A stretch of DNA of 64,000 nucleotides from Leucoraja ocellata (taxonomy: Eukaryota), in contig JAWMAR010000201.1 in NCBI GenBank assembly GCA_036785375.1, positions 186,001 through 250,000 on the forward strand. The letters run 5' to 3'. A program made the position numbers and the translations under genes. Of the stretch, positions 44,801 through 58,334 are shown one piece after another. Position 1 is the stretch's first letter. Each line of letters starts with the position of its first letter. The notes below the pieces were generated by a model that saw only the letters and a program-made list of their open reading frames with translations, ran no database searches and was not told the DNA's origin.

Positions 44801-47800
44801 AGTTATGAACATGATCAGCTGATGCCAAGTCGTAAAGACATGACAACATGTTCTCCAAAAGATAGAGGGGGGGGGGGGAGGGGGGGGGGAGGGGTTGATA
44901 TCTGATCACACCTCCACTAGAGGGCGCAGGTGGGGAGGAGGAGCTCATCAGGTATGAAGAGCAGGACGTTGTAAAATTATTAACCATCATATATATATGT
45001 TCAGAAGTTCATAAGCGATAGGAGCAGACTTAGGCCATTCGGCCCATTCCGCCATTCAAACATGGCTAATCTATATTTCCCTTTTAACGCCATTCTTCTG
45101 CATTCTCCCCCTAAATCCCGTTGGAACATTGTATGCCCAGTGGCAGGAAAACTTCACCAATCGCGACCTCCTCATTCGGGGCCAGGCACGATCTTCAGGG
45201 GGAACACAGGCTTTCCTGATATCTTGGAGGTCGCGACAATGGCTGAAGGGCCAACAACCCCAGCCATCACACAGTTATCTCTATTTATTCATGTCGGGAT
45301 GTACATACTCTTCAAACCATTCCTACAAGTTAACATCATGAAAGGTGTCGGGGACAGGAGTGGGTAAAATTGCAGTCACATTCGCGTAGCTGAGCCACCG
45401 TAAGCAGCACAGACAAGACATCACTTGCTGGAGAGCAGAGCACATGGGAGATTGATGGCAGTCAGTGGGGTTCAGTAAATTGGGGAATGCACAGGATCTG
45501 CCCCGCCTGTTAATTAGATGGGTTCAGGAGCTGGTGAAACCCGGGACCTTTGTGGCAGTCTCACTCACCGTACACCTCCAGTTGGACTGTTGCCGGAGTT
45601 TCCTTTCCTGAACTTGTTCCAAAAGTCACCTCATATTCACCAGCGTCCTCTCCCCGTAGATCACGGATTTCCAAACTGAAGTTCCTGCGGTGAAGAGTTA
45701 CCCGTCCCGTGTAATTGGTGTTAAAGTAATTCATCTTCCCATTCGAGCATTCCGCTATCTTGAATCTGGGCGATTTCCGCCTCCACGCCACTTCCGTAAT
45801 GTCCGGTGTGACTGTGATCCCAGCAGGTAAGGAGACCGAGTGCCCCCGAGCTCCGGTCACGGTGTCAGCGGCGGCCCCAGTCCCAGCTGAGGAGACAAGA
45901 GAGGCAGTCAGTAGGACAGCTCAGTGACTGGAGGAGGAATCGGAGCTGGGAGAATCACAGAGCACATGAGCAGGCCATGCGGCCCATCGTCTGGCTCCCG
46001 GCTCCGTGAGATACCCAGCCCACAGTCCCTGCATCAGTGAGCCCACGGAGGGAACAGGGTGCAGATTCTGTTGGTGATTGTAAACGGGCTCCTGAAAGCA
46101 CCCTTCACTTTTTTACAGCAAGGAAACAGACCCTTCGGTCCAACGAGTTCATGCCGTCCATCGATCAGTCATTCACACGAGTTCTATACAATCTCACTTG
46201 CTCATCCACTCCCCGAACATTAGGAGCAATTTTACAGAGGCCAATGAACGTACAAATCTGCACACCTTCAGGATGTGGATGGGCAGCGCCCTTCACTTTC
46301 AGACAGGAATACATCAAGGATGCCTACGTCCTACCAGCTGCATTCCCTTTGCCTGGAGCCATTTTTGTATCAGCAGAGGGAAAGGTTGTCATATTTACTT
46401 CTGCATGGGCTGGGCATAGGTGTCATTCTGCCATGTAATGCTATTGATGCGTTCAGGGCCTGATTACGTATAAGCTAGACAAGCTTAAACTTAGGGCCTC
46501 GAGAACTAGGGAGGCCTATTCACCTCACTGCCTCACCGGACCAGTCGAACCTCGCCGCCTCACTGACCATCCGCCCCCCGGAACCTCCTACTCTTTGCCC
46601 GCTGACCCTGGCCACTCCACCGCCCTCCAGCAGCCCGCAGCCGTCGCCTTACCTGCAGCCTGGACTCAGTGCCAGGCCTGAAGTACCACGCTGCAGACTC
46701 CCACTACCCTGGGTTTGACTGCGCTGGATCCTAGTGCTAGTCCCCCCAACCCTGGTAACCTCAGTGGCTGTTCCACTGGGTCTTCCCCATTCCCCTCAAA
46801 CCATGTGATCCCAGCTCTTCCCCACCCACACTGCATTCCTCATACCCCTCTACCCCCTGACCACCCACCACCCACCAGACATCGCCTCGGCCTCAGTCCA
46901 CTCACCTGCCTTCCGGCCCCAACCCCCATCCCTGCCGTGTGTTCACCATCCCCCTGACCTCCCCCTCTCTGATACTGAACGGTCTGTCCTCAGCAGAGGT
47001 CTCACCTTTGTACCCCTCCATCCCCACCTCAATGAGTTCCGCGCCCACCGCGATTTGGAGCATTGGAGCCCCCCATTGACGATCCCTTTTCCCGTCTCCA
47101 ACGGATCTCCTCCTCTTGGACCCTCCTCATCGCGATTGCTAAAATGAAATTTGGGGGTCAACATCCGACGTCAGAACGGGAGACCATTCACAGTGGCTTG
47201 GATTTCGGAATGGGCCACTTCCTACTAGAGACCGAAGTCTACAGGCAGAGCTGGGTGGAGATTTACGCTGGTGGCCCTCGGCAAAGGGTTCCCAGGGCTC
47301 CGTGATATTAAAATCAGTGCAGCCCGAGGCTGGGAGCTCTGCAAACCACAGCTCCATGATGTTGAAGCAGCAGGCCCAACACTCCAGAGCTTCAAACGGC
47401 GATCCAGGTAACGCATCGCTCGCTCTGTGGTGAATCCAATATGTATTTTAAAACTAACTGTTTAATGACAGCATACAGTAGGATCTAAAAGTGTCACTGT
47501 CACTGTCGGGTAGTCATGGTCCTCTAGTCGTGGGGGTGGGGGATTGGGAGGGGACTCACAAGTGAAATAGCTTAGGGCCTCTCTTCATCTAAATCCGGCC
47601 CTGGATGCGTTCCTCCTGTTGCCCTGTGAAATATGTGCTCGCCAGCAGGAATTCTGCTCCATGTATTCTTCAATGCTCAAATGTGATAAATTGAGACAGT
47701 GAGCCCACGATGAAAACAGAATGAAGACTCTGCACCCAGGGCTGAGGAAGGAAGTTACAGCCTGCAGCCCGATATCGATGCATGGGTCACGAGACACAGA

Positions 47801-50412
47801 CACGGCAAATGGGACCCAGTCCGGAGAAGGGTGCACATGGTGAATACAGAGTAAAAGAGAAGGGGTGGGCGGTGTGGGGAGCAGAAGGAACTAGGAGCGG
47901 GCACTTGGTGTGTAAAGATCCATGAAGATCGAGGTACAGTCCAATAGGCAGACGGGCTGCTTTCCTTTAGTCGAGGCTCAGAGACCGTGTAAGAACTGGA
48001 GATGGTGTAACTGTGCCCAACAGTAGTTAGACCCAGCCTGACCCTGCAGACAGTTCTGGGCACCACCACCCAGGAGAGACAGGTCACACTAGAGAAACTG
48101 CAGGGAGATTTACCAGGACGTTGCTGGGACTGGAACTGTCGCTGTGAGGAAAAACTAGAGACTGAGGTTGTTTGCCGTGGAACAGAGGTTGCTGAGGGGG
48201 ACGATCGAGGGGGTATGAAGTGATGAGGGACCTGAACAGAGTAAATGGGATGGTGCATTTCGCATAACAGAAGCGGAGAACAAGGCCAGACATTTACTGG
48301 CACTGGGACGGTTTAGAGGGGGGAGGATGGAAGGTGTGAACCCAGAGTTGTGTTTCCCTATAAGATAGACACAAAATGCTGGAGTAACAGCGGGACAGGC
48401 AGCATCTCTGGTTAGAAGGAATGGATGATGTTTCGGGTCATCTTTATCCGTAATACATTCCATCTGTCATTGTTCTGTCCATTTTAACAGCTCATCAATA
48501 TCATCCTGTAGTCTATAACTGTTGTCCTTTATGTCAACAAAATAGCCAATGTTTGTGTTATCTGTGTCAATAAACTTTATGGGTCACAGCACAGATCTCT
48601 ATGGGACATCGTTGGTTGTAATCTGTCGATCACTGAAGCAACCTTCCACCATCATTCTGCTTCCTATTATCGAGCCAATGTCAACTTGCTCTGGGTCCTG
48701 TGGATCTTTACCTTTTGTCTAGTCTCCAATGTCAAAGATCTTATAGGTATGCAGGTGGATTATATGCCCTAATTAATACATATTGTCACCACTTCCTAAT
48801 AGGTCACAGTGGAATAAAACCAAGCTGACAATCTTTGGCTAATCCTGGCCTTTCAAAGTGATTAATCATGTCTTATTTTCTTCCAATAACTCCCCTACCT
48901 CTGATGTTAGGGTTGTAATTACTGGAGCATCCTCAATGTACTTCACTCCTAAAGTGAAGGTACACCGTCAAGGACAAATACGTATACCTTCACCAGGCAT
49001 CCTGTGGCTATGTACTAAAGACCGAGGAGTCTGGCCACACAATGTCGCCTAAGCCCAATGGCGTGCAGGATTCCAAGAAGTTAGCTGGGATCTATTCTGT
49101 CAAACACCTTCTCCTAGTAGAGGGATGGAAAGGTAATGGGCAGACTTTTGGTTTTGGTTTCGGTTTATTATTGTCATGTGTACCTAGTACAATGAAAAGC
49201 TTTGTTTGATATACAAACTATACAGAAATACAACAAAGCCAAACACAAGTACAATAGGTCGAACAAAGCGACAGAAACAAAGTGCAAAATATATTTCTCA
49301 GCATTGTAGCACACCAGTTCCATATACAAAGTCCAATCACGGCCATGGGGTAGAGGTGAAAGGAGAGTTCCCTAGCTTATGGAAGGGTTCAGAAACTGTA
49401 AGGATCCATTTCAATTCAATTCAATTCAATATTTATTCCATCTCATTTGAACCTCAGTGAGGCTCAAACGAAATTCCGTTTCTACAGCCATACCAACAAA
49501 ACAATTCATACAAGACACACAAACAATTCAATTCACACAAACATCCATCAAGGTCTTTTCTCTCCTGTGCACCATTTTTCTCCTGATGTTGAGGCCCCAG
49601 GCGGGTGATGGTAAGTCCCACGGCCATTTAAGGTCACGCCGGGCGATGTACGGGTCTAAATGAGACTGATGCCAGCTTTCGAAGACAACATAGTGAGCTA
49701 CCAGTTCTGCCCACCTGCCTGTCTTTTCAATAGGGTGTGTATCCTTGGATGTTTAGCTCCCAGCTCTGACCCTCTTTCAACCACATGTCTGTGATGCCCA
49801 CAATGTCATAAATACCAATTTCTAATTATGCTGCTTGCTCATCGATCTTATATATACTGCGTGCATTCAAATAAGACCTTTGGTTCTGTGGTCACCACCC
49901 CTATTCTGACATTGGTCCTCATTTTGCCTGAACATGGACTCTTATCCCTTTATAAACTTTCTGTCCTGTTACTTGTTCTGGACGTCCTCTGAGTAGCCTC
50001 TCTTGGGCCCTCCTGGGCAACTTCATTTATACATTTCAAATTTGTTGAGCCCACTCCCCCAGTTTAGTTTAAAGCCCTCTCTACAGCCCTGTTTAAGCAG
50101 TTCCACAGGATCCTGGTCTCATCATAGTTCACGTGGATTCCATCCCATGGGAACAGCTCCCTCCTTCCCCAATACTGATGCCAGTGAAACCCAATTCTCC
50201 CACCCCAATCTTTCGCACCACGTACCATACCTGCCCATACCTATGACAATAAACCGGGCTTGACTTGCAGAGAAGTTTCGAGTTTCCAGTCTGCAAAACC
50301 AAAAGCAGTCCCCAGAGGGGGAAGTGAACCACAATAAGTAATTCAGAATAAACTCACGGATTGAGACGGAGAGAGACAGCCAGAAGCAGCTGAGCAGGCA
50401 CCTGATATCCAT
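35849..50412 (-). CDS. Gene B: CD2/SLAM-family receptor, paralogue of gene A, 5 exons, 267 aa
   Basis: Exons 50412-50358, 45886-45569, 42131-41850, 38339-38241 and 35898-35849 have the same lengths and phases as gene A, canonical splice sites and an open frame. Confidence 0.88.
36190..36448 (+). pseudogene. SNRNP40: SNRNP40 (U5-40K WD40 protein) pseudogene fragment in gene B intron 4
   Basis: Reads NSYYPAQR..TGSNDETIKL*DIRKKVAIHMFQNTCQVLAATFNDT/SDHIISDGIDDNIKVWDL*QNRLIYTMRGHTDSVTGLTLS, matching SNRNP40 NSCYPARR..TGSDDGTVKLWDIRKKAAIQTFQNTYQVLAVTFNDTSDQIISGGIDNDIKVWDLRQNKLTYTMRGHADSVTGLSLS as recalled. Contains stops and a frameshift. Confidence 0.88.
36990..38130 (-). mobile_element. Penelope-like element fragment (duplicate), gene B intron 4
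   Basis: Near-identical to 2845-3990; [22 protein letters not shown]. Confidence 0.88.
38241..38339 (-). CDS. Gene B exon 4, TM ([33 protein letters not shown])
   Basis: 99-nt exon with canonical splice sites, 2 aa different from gene A. Confidence 0.85.
39100..41770 (+). mobile_element. Tx1-type LINE ORF2 remnant, gene B intron 3
   Basis: GKAPGLDGLTIEF, KNWCPVSLL, SLDQEKAFDRVDH, GVRQGCPMSG, AYADN, CNFCGKNEAVYH. Confidence 0.88.
41850..42131 (-). CDS. Gene B exon 3, IgC2 domain
   Basis: [23 protein letters not shown]...YRCEARNQVS...NICKQTTS; 282 nt. Confidence 0.93.
45569..45886 (-). CDS. Gene B exon 2, IgV domain
   Basis: ...[72 protein letters not shown]...VQLEVY; 318 nt with canonical sites. 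Confidence 0.93.
46450..47130 (+). mobile_element. Penelope 5' ORF fragment, gene B intron 1
   Basis: DLPLSDTERSVLSRGLTFVP..PHLNEFRAHRDLE, a Penelope RT N-terminal motif. Confidence 0.7.
50358..50412 (-). CDS. Gene B exon 1 (signal peptide [18 protein letters not shown])
   Basis: ATG at 50412, 55 nt, GTGAGT donor. Confidence 0.85.
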
Positions 50413-52055
50413 CAGTATCTAGGAACCAGTGTGAGGGCACACCTGACCTTTCACGACAGACACAACGAGGAAGGGATGGGGTTCAGTTAAGCATTGGGAG
50501 AGAGGACAGAGGGAGACTTCCCTCAGAGTCAACGCCCTTCCTACTCTGCTTGTTCCGTGTAAGTAAGTAGGCAATCGAGAGATGGACAGGAAGCCACTGT
50601 GGGAGGAGGCAGGTTCATATGAGAAGCCACAAAGAAAAGCAGAGTGCAGCAGAATAGCTGGAGGAAGGACAGGCAGCAAGAAAACAGTCCTGAGGCTCCC
50701 ACTTCAGGGGCACCAATGAGTTTCTCCTTGGTCTAGTTGCTCTCATCATCTCTCTTCCCACTTCGAACACAGCCCAATTGCTGCTCATTATCACAACCAC
50801 CTTAAAAGGAGTAAGACTATTGTCCCTCTCTCTCCTTTTGGATGATATTAGTGCACTGTCTCTTAGTCCCTTTCACTCAGGGAATATCTGTACACTGACT
50901 GTTGTGTCTCAGTCCCTCTCTCTCAAGGTGATATATGTACACTGGTGGATTCCCTCAATCCCTCTCTCCAGGAGCATCTACATGAGTCCCCAGGTTACCA
51001 CAGATTCCGTTCCTCAGAACTCTGTAGGTTGGAAATTATCATCAATGGTGTGTGGAAGAGAAACAGCTGCGACTGGAGAGCTAGAAGGCATGGGATGAAT
51101 GGGCCACTAGTTACCTTCAGAGGGAATGTGGGGATGTCCTATGCCCACCCGGCAGAAGATGCCTGCAGTAGCCGACAAATCCATCTTCATCTACCCCGGC
51201 GGTCTCACTAATGGGCTGTCTATGTTGGGCATTTGAAACGCAAGGAGGGCTAGCACCTGTATCTGTACACTGCCTCATGTCTGTCTCTGGAGCTACAGGA
51301 GATGAAAGAGGTCCTCCATGAATATTTCTCCTATTTTTTTACAAGATATAAAGACTAGGTTAATTGTAAAGGTTAATGGAGATGTCTTGGGGATAGTCCG
51401 CTTACAGTAGAGGAGGTGCTGAACATGCTATATCATATGAAGGTAGATAAAGTTCCATGGTCTGATCAGGTTTACCCAAGAACACTACAGGAAGTGAGAG
51501 AAGAATTTATGGGATCCCTGGCTGAGATACATGGGTGAGGTACCAGAAGATCGAATAGTGGTTGATGTTGTGCCTTTCTTTAAGAAAATGCTGGGACGTA
51601 TATAGTAAGCCTTACATCTAGTTACTGGTAAGATACTGGAGGAGATTCAGAGGATTAAGACATATATTTATTTGGAAAGATGGGTTGATTAGTGATTGTC
51701 AGCATGTCTATTTGAATGGGAAATCGTGTGTCTCGTGAATTTAATTGATTTTGGAGGACATAACGGTAAATTAGGGCAGGATGATAGATGGGGTTTTTAT
51801 GGATTTCAGCAAAGCTTTGATCAGGTTCCACATCTCAGGAAGGTTAAATCGCATGGAATCCAGGGAGCTATTTGGATAACTAATTGGCTTTACGGTAGGA
51901 AACAACGATGGTGGAAGTTTGTTTCAGACTGGAGGCCCGTGACTAGTGGTGTGCCTTAAGGGTCGATGCTGGGTCCATTGGTGTCTATCAAGGATTTGGA
52001 TGAGAATGGTCAAGGCACAGTTAGTAAGTTTGCAGATGATACTAAAATAGTGGCA

Positions 52056-52713
52056 TAGAAACATAGAAACATAGAAATTAGGTGCAGGAGTAGGCCATTC
52101 AGCCCTTCGAGCCTGCACTGCCATTCAATATGATCATGGCTGATCATCCAACTCAGTATCCCGTACCTGCCTTCTCTCCATACCCCCTGATCCCCTTAGC
52201 CACAAGGGCCACATCTAACTCCCTCTTAAATATAGCCAATGAACTGGCCTCAACTACCCTCTGTGGCAGAGAGTTCCAGAGATTCACCACTCTCTGTGTG
52301 AAAAAAAGTTTTTCTCATCTCGGTTTTAAAGGATTTCCCCCTTATCCTTAAGCTGTGACCCCTTGTCCTGGACTTCCCCAACATCGGGAACAATCTTCCT
52401 GCATCTAGCCTGTCCAATCCCTTAAGAATTTTGTAAGTTTCTATAAGATCCCCTCTCAATCTCCTAAATTCTAGAGAGTATAAACCAAGTCTATCCAGTC
52501 TTTCTTCATAAGACAGTCCTGACATCCCAGGAATCAATCTGGTGAACCTTCTCTGCACTCCCTCTATGGCAATAATGTCCTTCCTCAGATTTGGAGACCA
52601 AAACTTTACGCAATACTCCAGGTGTGGTCTCACCAAGACCCTGTACAACTGCAGTAGAACCTCCCTGCTCCTATACTCAAATCCTTTTGCAATGAAAGCT
52701 AACATACCATTCG
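52056..52713 (-). mobile_element. HER1/CR1 LINE
   Basis: ORF 52786-52250 with [35 protein letters not shown]; (catagaaa)n tail; absent in unit 1. Confidence 0.92.
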
Positions 52714-54955
52714 CATCATGGACATTGAAGAAGTTATCAACAACATTTGATCCTGCACAGCTGGGTAGGTGGGCTGAAAATGGCAAATGGAATTTAATTC
52801 AGTTAAGTGGAAGGTTTTGCATTTGTAACATCAAGCACTGTAGGACATTCACAGTAAAAAGAAGGGCCCTAGGAGGCACTGTAGAATGAGGAACCTAGTG
52901 GTACAAAGTAGCACCACAGTTTGCGGGGTGGTGAGAGGGCTTTTGGCATGCGGGTCTTCATCATTCTGAGGCATGTCAGCATTAAGAAGGCCTGTTCCTC
53001 TGCTGTACGTGTCTATGACCTGATGACACTATGATATATCTCTGTCCCTCTCTCTCAAGGGAGATAACTTTACTGACTGGAGTATCGCAGTCCCTCTTGC
53101 TCAGAGGGATATCTGTGCACTGACTATTGTATCACAATCCTTCTCTCTCGGGGGAGATATCTGTACACTGACTTGTCTCTCAGTCCTTCTCTAGATCTGG
53201 CCGGCGTCGGTGGTTGCGACAGTGATGATGTTGGTGGTGGTTGCGGTGACGGTGATGGTAGTGGCAGCGGAGTCAGTCATGGCCACTGCAGCGGCAGGCA
53301 TGGCCTGGGAGTGGGTGCAGTGGGAGGAGCGATTGGAGTGGGGACACAGGCCGCGTTGGCATCAGGACTACAGGACAGAAAGCTATAACTGAAATCTGTT
53401 ATAAAGAGGTCTGTAAAAGCGAGTATTAATAACAAATATCTTATTATTAACTGGGATACATACAGTTAAAAATATATTGATGCAAAACAATTCTGAAAGA
53501 AAAATCAGGAAATTAGGGGGTGGAGGTTAGCATTTTTGTAAAAGTGATCACAATTCAATTTGATTTTGTGACAGAAAAGAACAAAACTAAAATTAAAGAT
53601 TCAAAAATGGAGTCAGGACAATTTTACTAATCCAAAATAAGTCAGCAAAAGTGAACCAATAAACGTAGAGTAAATCACTCTCGGGGCAAAGAAAAATGCT
53701 CAAGATGGTGCAGTATTAACATCTTCACTCAGAGAGCAGGGGTGAAGATCTGCCAAGTCTAGGCCAGGTCATTAGGGGATTAAATAGGCACAAGGGATAT
53801 TCCTTATCAGACGAGGAAAATAATATAAAAGAAAGGGGACTATGCTCTTGCGGTCAATATCAGGAACTGCATATAACCTCGCACCAGACTGGACTGAACT
53901 TCTTGAATACATCCCTGATCTGTGAGCTAATTAAATCTCTGTGGGGGAGAGGTTGTATGAACCTGGATCTGCACGATGCCCAAATTCACTGGAACACCAG
54001 ACCGCATTTGGAGTATTGTGAGCAGTTTTGGGCCCCAAATCTGAGGAAGTATGTGCTGGCATTGGAGAGGGTCCAGAGGAGTTTTATGAGAATGATCCCA
54101 GGAATGATTGGATTAGCATATGATGAGCGTTTGATGGACCTGTACTTGCTGGAGTTTAGAAGGGTGAGGGGGGACCTCATTGAAACTTACCGACTCATGA
54201 TAACCCCGGATAGAGAGAATGTGGAGAGATTATATATCCACTCGTGGATGAATATAGGACCAGAGGCCATTGCCTCAGAATAGGACGTACCTTTAGGAAG
54301 GAGATGAGGAGGAATTTCTTTAGTCAGAGGGTGGTGAATCTGTGGAATTAATTCCCCAGAAGGCTGAGGAGGCTGTCAATTGAGATATTTAAGGCACAGA
54401 TTGATAGATTCTTGATTAGTACGGGTGTCATGGAGTTATGGGAAGAATGCAGGACAATGGTTATATCAGTCATGATTGAATGGCAGAGTAGACGATGGGC
54501 CTAAGGGCCTAATTCTGTTCCTATCACTAAAGAACTATGAACTCATGAACACTATCCCAGTCTGGGTCTGTGCCCATCACAGTCCTAGGGCTGCTGCTGT
54601 TGGCAGGTTCAGGGCAGTTCTGGGCTGGGTCACGCTCAGGTGCATAAGGGACGATAGGATGATTAAAGACATGGAATTGGAGAGGATTCCCAGGGTACAG
54701 GTCCACAAGCAGGACACGGTGGAGAGTTTGTGGATGAGTGGGGGGGCAGTGGTCAGGAAGGGGGCGCACGCAGCACACGTGTGGATTTCTTTCAACTGGC
54801 TGAACTGAAGGTGGATGGATGAGTTAAACTGGTGGGTGGAAATGAGCTGCGATCGGCCTAACATTCACTCATCGCTGTTGGAGACGGGTTGTAGGTATCA
54901 AGGGGTCCATAAAGATCTCCTTTACTCATCTTTTTTCTCTCTGCCCCAACCTCAT

Positions 54956-55240
54956 AGCCCATGGCAGGAACACCGACCAGGCCTCAGAACATCGCCGAAA
55001 TTTGCAACTTCACCCTGACCTGCTGCATGACCTCCGGCAACCCCACCAGCATCAGGTGGTGAGGAGAGGAGAAGCTCTGGAAAATGACAGCACCCATCAC
55101 CCCCGTGGACATGGAGTGATGGCAGAGGGTCATCACACAGCAGAGGTCGGGGACATTGCGTACAGGTGCGAGGCCAGGAACCAACACTTGGCCGATGTTG
55201 GTAATTTCCACCTCCAGCTCCAGACAGTCTGTGGCTCGGG
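54956..55240 (+). pseudogene. Inverted IgC2 pseudo-exon of a CD2/SLAM paralogue
   Basis: EPMAGT...NIAEICNFTLTCCMTSGNPTSIRW* / ...ENDSTHH...[18 protein letters not shown]. Acceptor cctcag is mutated to cctcat and there is a 1-nt frameshift. It is preceded by an inverted copy of the intron-2 3' segment (54550-54955). Confidence 0.85.
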
Positions 55241-58200
55241 TTGATTCCCAGGTGGATGAAATAATACAGAAAATACAACTCAGCAGATAGGGCAGCTTCT
55301 GTGGTGAGAGAAATAGTTTTCTGTGTGACTTTTCATCAGGCTTGCATCTCCAGGTGTCCTGAAACCCCTGAGGAACTATCATCAGCCTGTCCATTGGTGG
55401 GGGGTGGGGCAAGCATCTTGAGACCATCCAATTGTTCTGGGCGGCGCACTGCACGTACTCCCACTGAAGTAACCAAGTGGCGAATGAGAACTTAGTGAAA
55501 TCAGTATGAGCAGAGAAATAGTGCTGGGAAGTTATTATGGGATTGCAGACCAGTGAGACTTACAACAATAGTGGGGCAAATGCTAAAATCGATGATAAAA
55601 TGTGCAATGACTGGACACTTGGAAATCATCAATGGGATTGGACAACTCATCACATGTTTAAGCAAAGGAAATAATTTGTAAGAAATCTATTGGAGTTTTG
55701 CGGGTCAAATAGGTAAGAGAGAACCATTAAATGTGGTGTGTTTAGATCTTGAGACCCATAAAAATGTTAGTATGTAAAATTCAAATCCATGGATTGGGTA
55801 ATATACTGGCATAGGTTAAAAACTGCACAATAGGCAGAAAACAGGTGGAATGAATAGTCTTTGACCAGGAGACAGGTGTTGACTAGTGGGTTACGGGTGG
55901 GATCAAAGTTATAGCATTCGTCCAAGATGCCCAATCTAAACCAGTCCCACTTGGCCCAATCCCTCTAAACTGTTCCTATCCATGCACCTGTTCCAATGTC
56001 TATTAATTGTTAGTAGCCATTAGTTTAGTTTAGTTTATTATTCTCATGTGTGCTGAGGTACAGTGAAAAGCTTTTTGTTGCGTGCTATCCAGTCCCAGCC
56101 ACCCATATACCAGGGACAATTTACAGTGACAAACTAATCTACCAACCAGCACATCTTTGTGATGTTAGGATAAACCAGAACCACAAGAGGAAATCCATAT
56201 CAGAATCAGAATCAGAATCAGATATTATTCGCCAAGTATGTTTTGAATCGTATGAGGAATTTCACTGGCCAGTTCAGTCATACAATTAAAAGCAACAGAC
56301 TCAAGAACACATTTTAACATGAACATCCACCACAGTGACTCCTACACATTCCTCACTGTGATGGAAGTCAAAATAAAGTTCAAGTCCCTCCCTTTTGTCC
56401 TTCCTCAGTCGTGGGCCTCGAGCCCTCCATTGACGGGATGATCTTGACTCCCGGGCCCTCTGTATCGAGGCGTTCAGCGCCCGCATCAGAAAAAAGCTCT
56501 GTGCAATTCTCCAGCCCAGGTCGCCAATCCTCCACTTGGGAACCCATTCTCTCTATTGGATGGCAGAACAGACCACCATAACATATCCAAATGGCAGATG
56601 AGGGCAAGGAAATAGAGCATGCAGGAGCAACCTGTACAGGGAACAGTACTTCTCAGAAACAATTCATATTGTGTGGGTCTGACTCCTGAGAAAGGATCCA
56701 GGAGTTGGATACAATGTGCTAATAGACATTAGACGATAGACAATAGACAATAGGTGCAGGAATAGGCCATTCAGCCCTTCGAGCCAGCACCGCCATTCAA
56801 TGTGATCATGGCTGATCATCGCCAATCAGTACCCCGTTCCTGCCTTCTACCCATATCCCCTGACTTCGCTATTTTTAAGAGCCCTATCTAGCTCTCTCTT
56901 GAAAGCATCCAGAGAACCTGCCTCCACCACATAGAGACAGAGAATTCCACAGACTAATCTGGCCAAGCAGGGATCAGCGCAGTCAGCATTGCTCCACATC
57001 TGTTAGGTCCCTGGATGTTCTTTGTGACAGAATGTCTAGAGACTTTAGCTAAGAGTTCCAAGTGCTTACTCTGCCACTGTCCTGTCTGTCTCTTCATCTG
57101 GCAACTCTCACAGCTGAAGTGCCTTCTCCTGCTGGTGCAAGAATGCTCTGGCTGAAGGCAACAATTTTCCAAACTCTTAATAGGTAAGAAGAACCAAGCA
57201 AGTCCACAGGGTGACTTGGCTGCTGCTCACCACTGGGATCTACAGTCCTCCTGAAGACAGTATTCCTGGCCGATCATATGTGTTAACAGCACCCACCATC
57301 TGGGAGGATGCGCAAAGTGAAGGTACTTCTGCAGGTGCAAAGAGCTAGAGTCACCACGTGGGTACAGTCACACACCACTGACTAACTTCTAAAGAGGAGA
57401 CTCAGAGCCGCAGCAGAGAAACAGTCTTTCCTGTTGACCCTGAAGAAATCCACCAACTTCCTCTCGTTCTTGGCAGCAAAGCCAAAAGTCAGGGTTAAAA
57501 TGACCAATCGGCACCACAACATGAAGGTCACCAACTGGTGTATGTCTGGGTAGGTAGATAATTAGAGTAGCCTGGATCTGCATGCTAGCCAGGCAATGAC
57601 TTTCATCTACAAGCCCTACCAGTTCACTGGCCAGATTTTTTCATTGGGCCTCAGATAGATTAGGGAAAAGGGGTGCACGGTGCTCAAACAATAGGTTTTA
57701 TCTCCTCCAGCATGTCACTGATCTACCAAGAGTCTGGAATCCTGGGTTAGACCATACTGGGTTAGACTACATTGGAAGCAACAGGCACATTTCTGTTCAT
57801 TGGATCACACAGCACAGAAACAGGCCACTCCACCCACTATGTCCATTCTTGTCATGGGTAGCTATCTATACTAATCCCAACGACCTGGACTTAGTTATCG
57901 TCTATCGAAGTCTTGACGATCCCATCTAAATCTCTTACCCCTATCTTCTCCACAGGCAACGTTTCCCACTACCTACCAGATATGTCTCATAATTTTGAAA
58001 GCTTTGCACTTATCCTCCACTATTCCAAGGATAATCTAGCCTATCCAATCTCTCACTGTTGCGTTTTACCAAGAGCTCCCCTCTCCCCATCGCCAATGCA
58101 GAACCTTCTGTCCTTAGAAGAGGCCTGATCTTATTCCCCCACATCCACATCTCAGTCTGAGGAAGGGTCCCGACCCGAAATGTTACTCAACCTTTTTTCT

Positions 58201-58334
58201 CCGGAGATGCTGCCTGACCTGCTGAGTTACTCCAACACTCTACCACGGGAAGGTACGGGATCTGCCCCACCCATTAATTAACACTGTTTCAGGAGCCAGT
58301 GAAACTCGGACCCCTCCACAACAGTCTCACTCAC

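Larger units (their letters stand above)
34985..54790. repeat. Segmental duplication unit 2
   Basis: Example matches: 35590-36180 = 1820-2425; 36845-38470 = 2700-4335; 41560-45265 = 4400-9148; 48450-49075 = 11655-12335; 50025-54790 = 17565-23545. Confidence 0.9.

Noticed and set aside
56955-57750. Non-repetitive-looking stretch that might hold gene C downstream exons
   Set aside because: No Ig, TM or recognisable protein motif in the frames I read.
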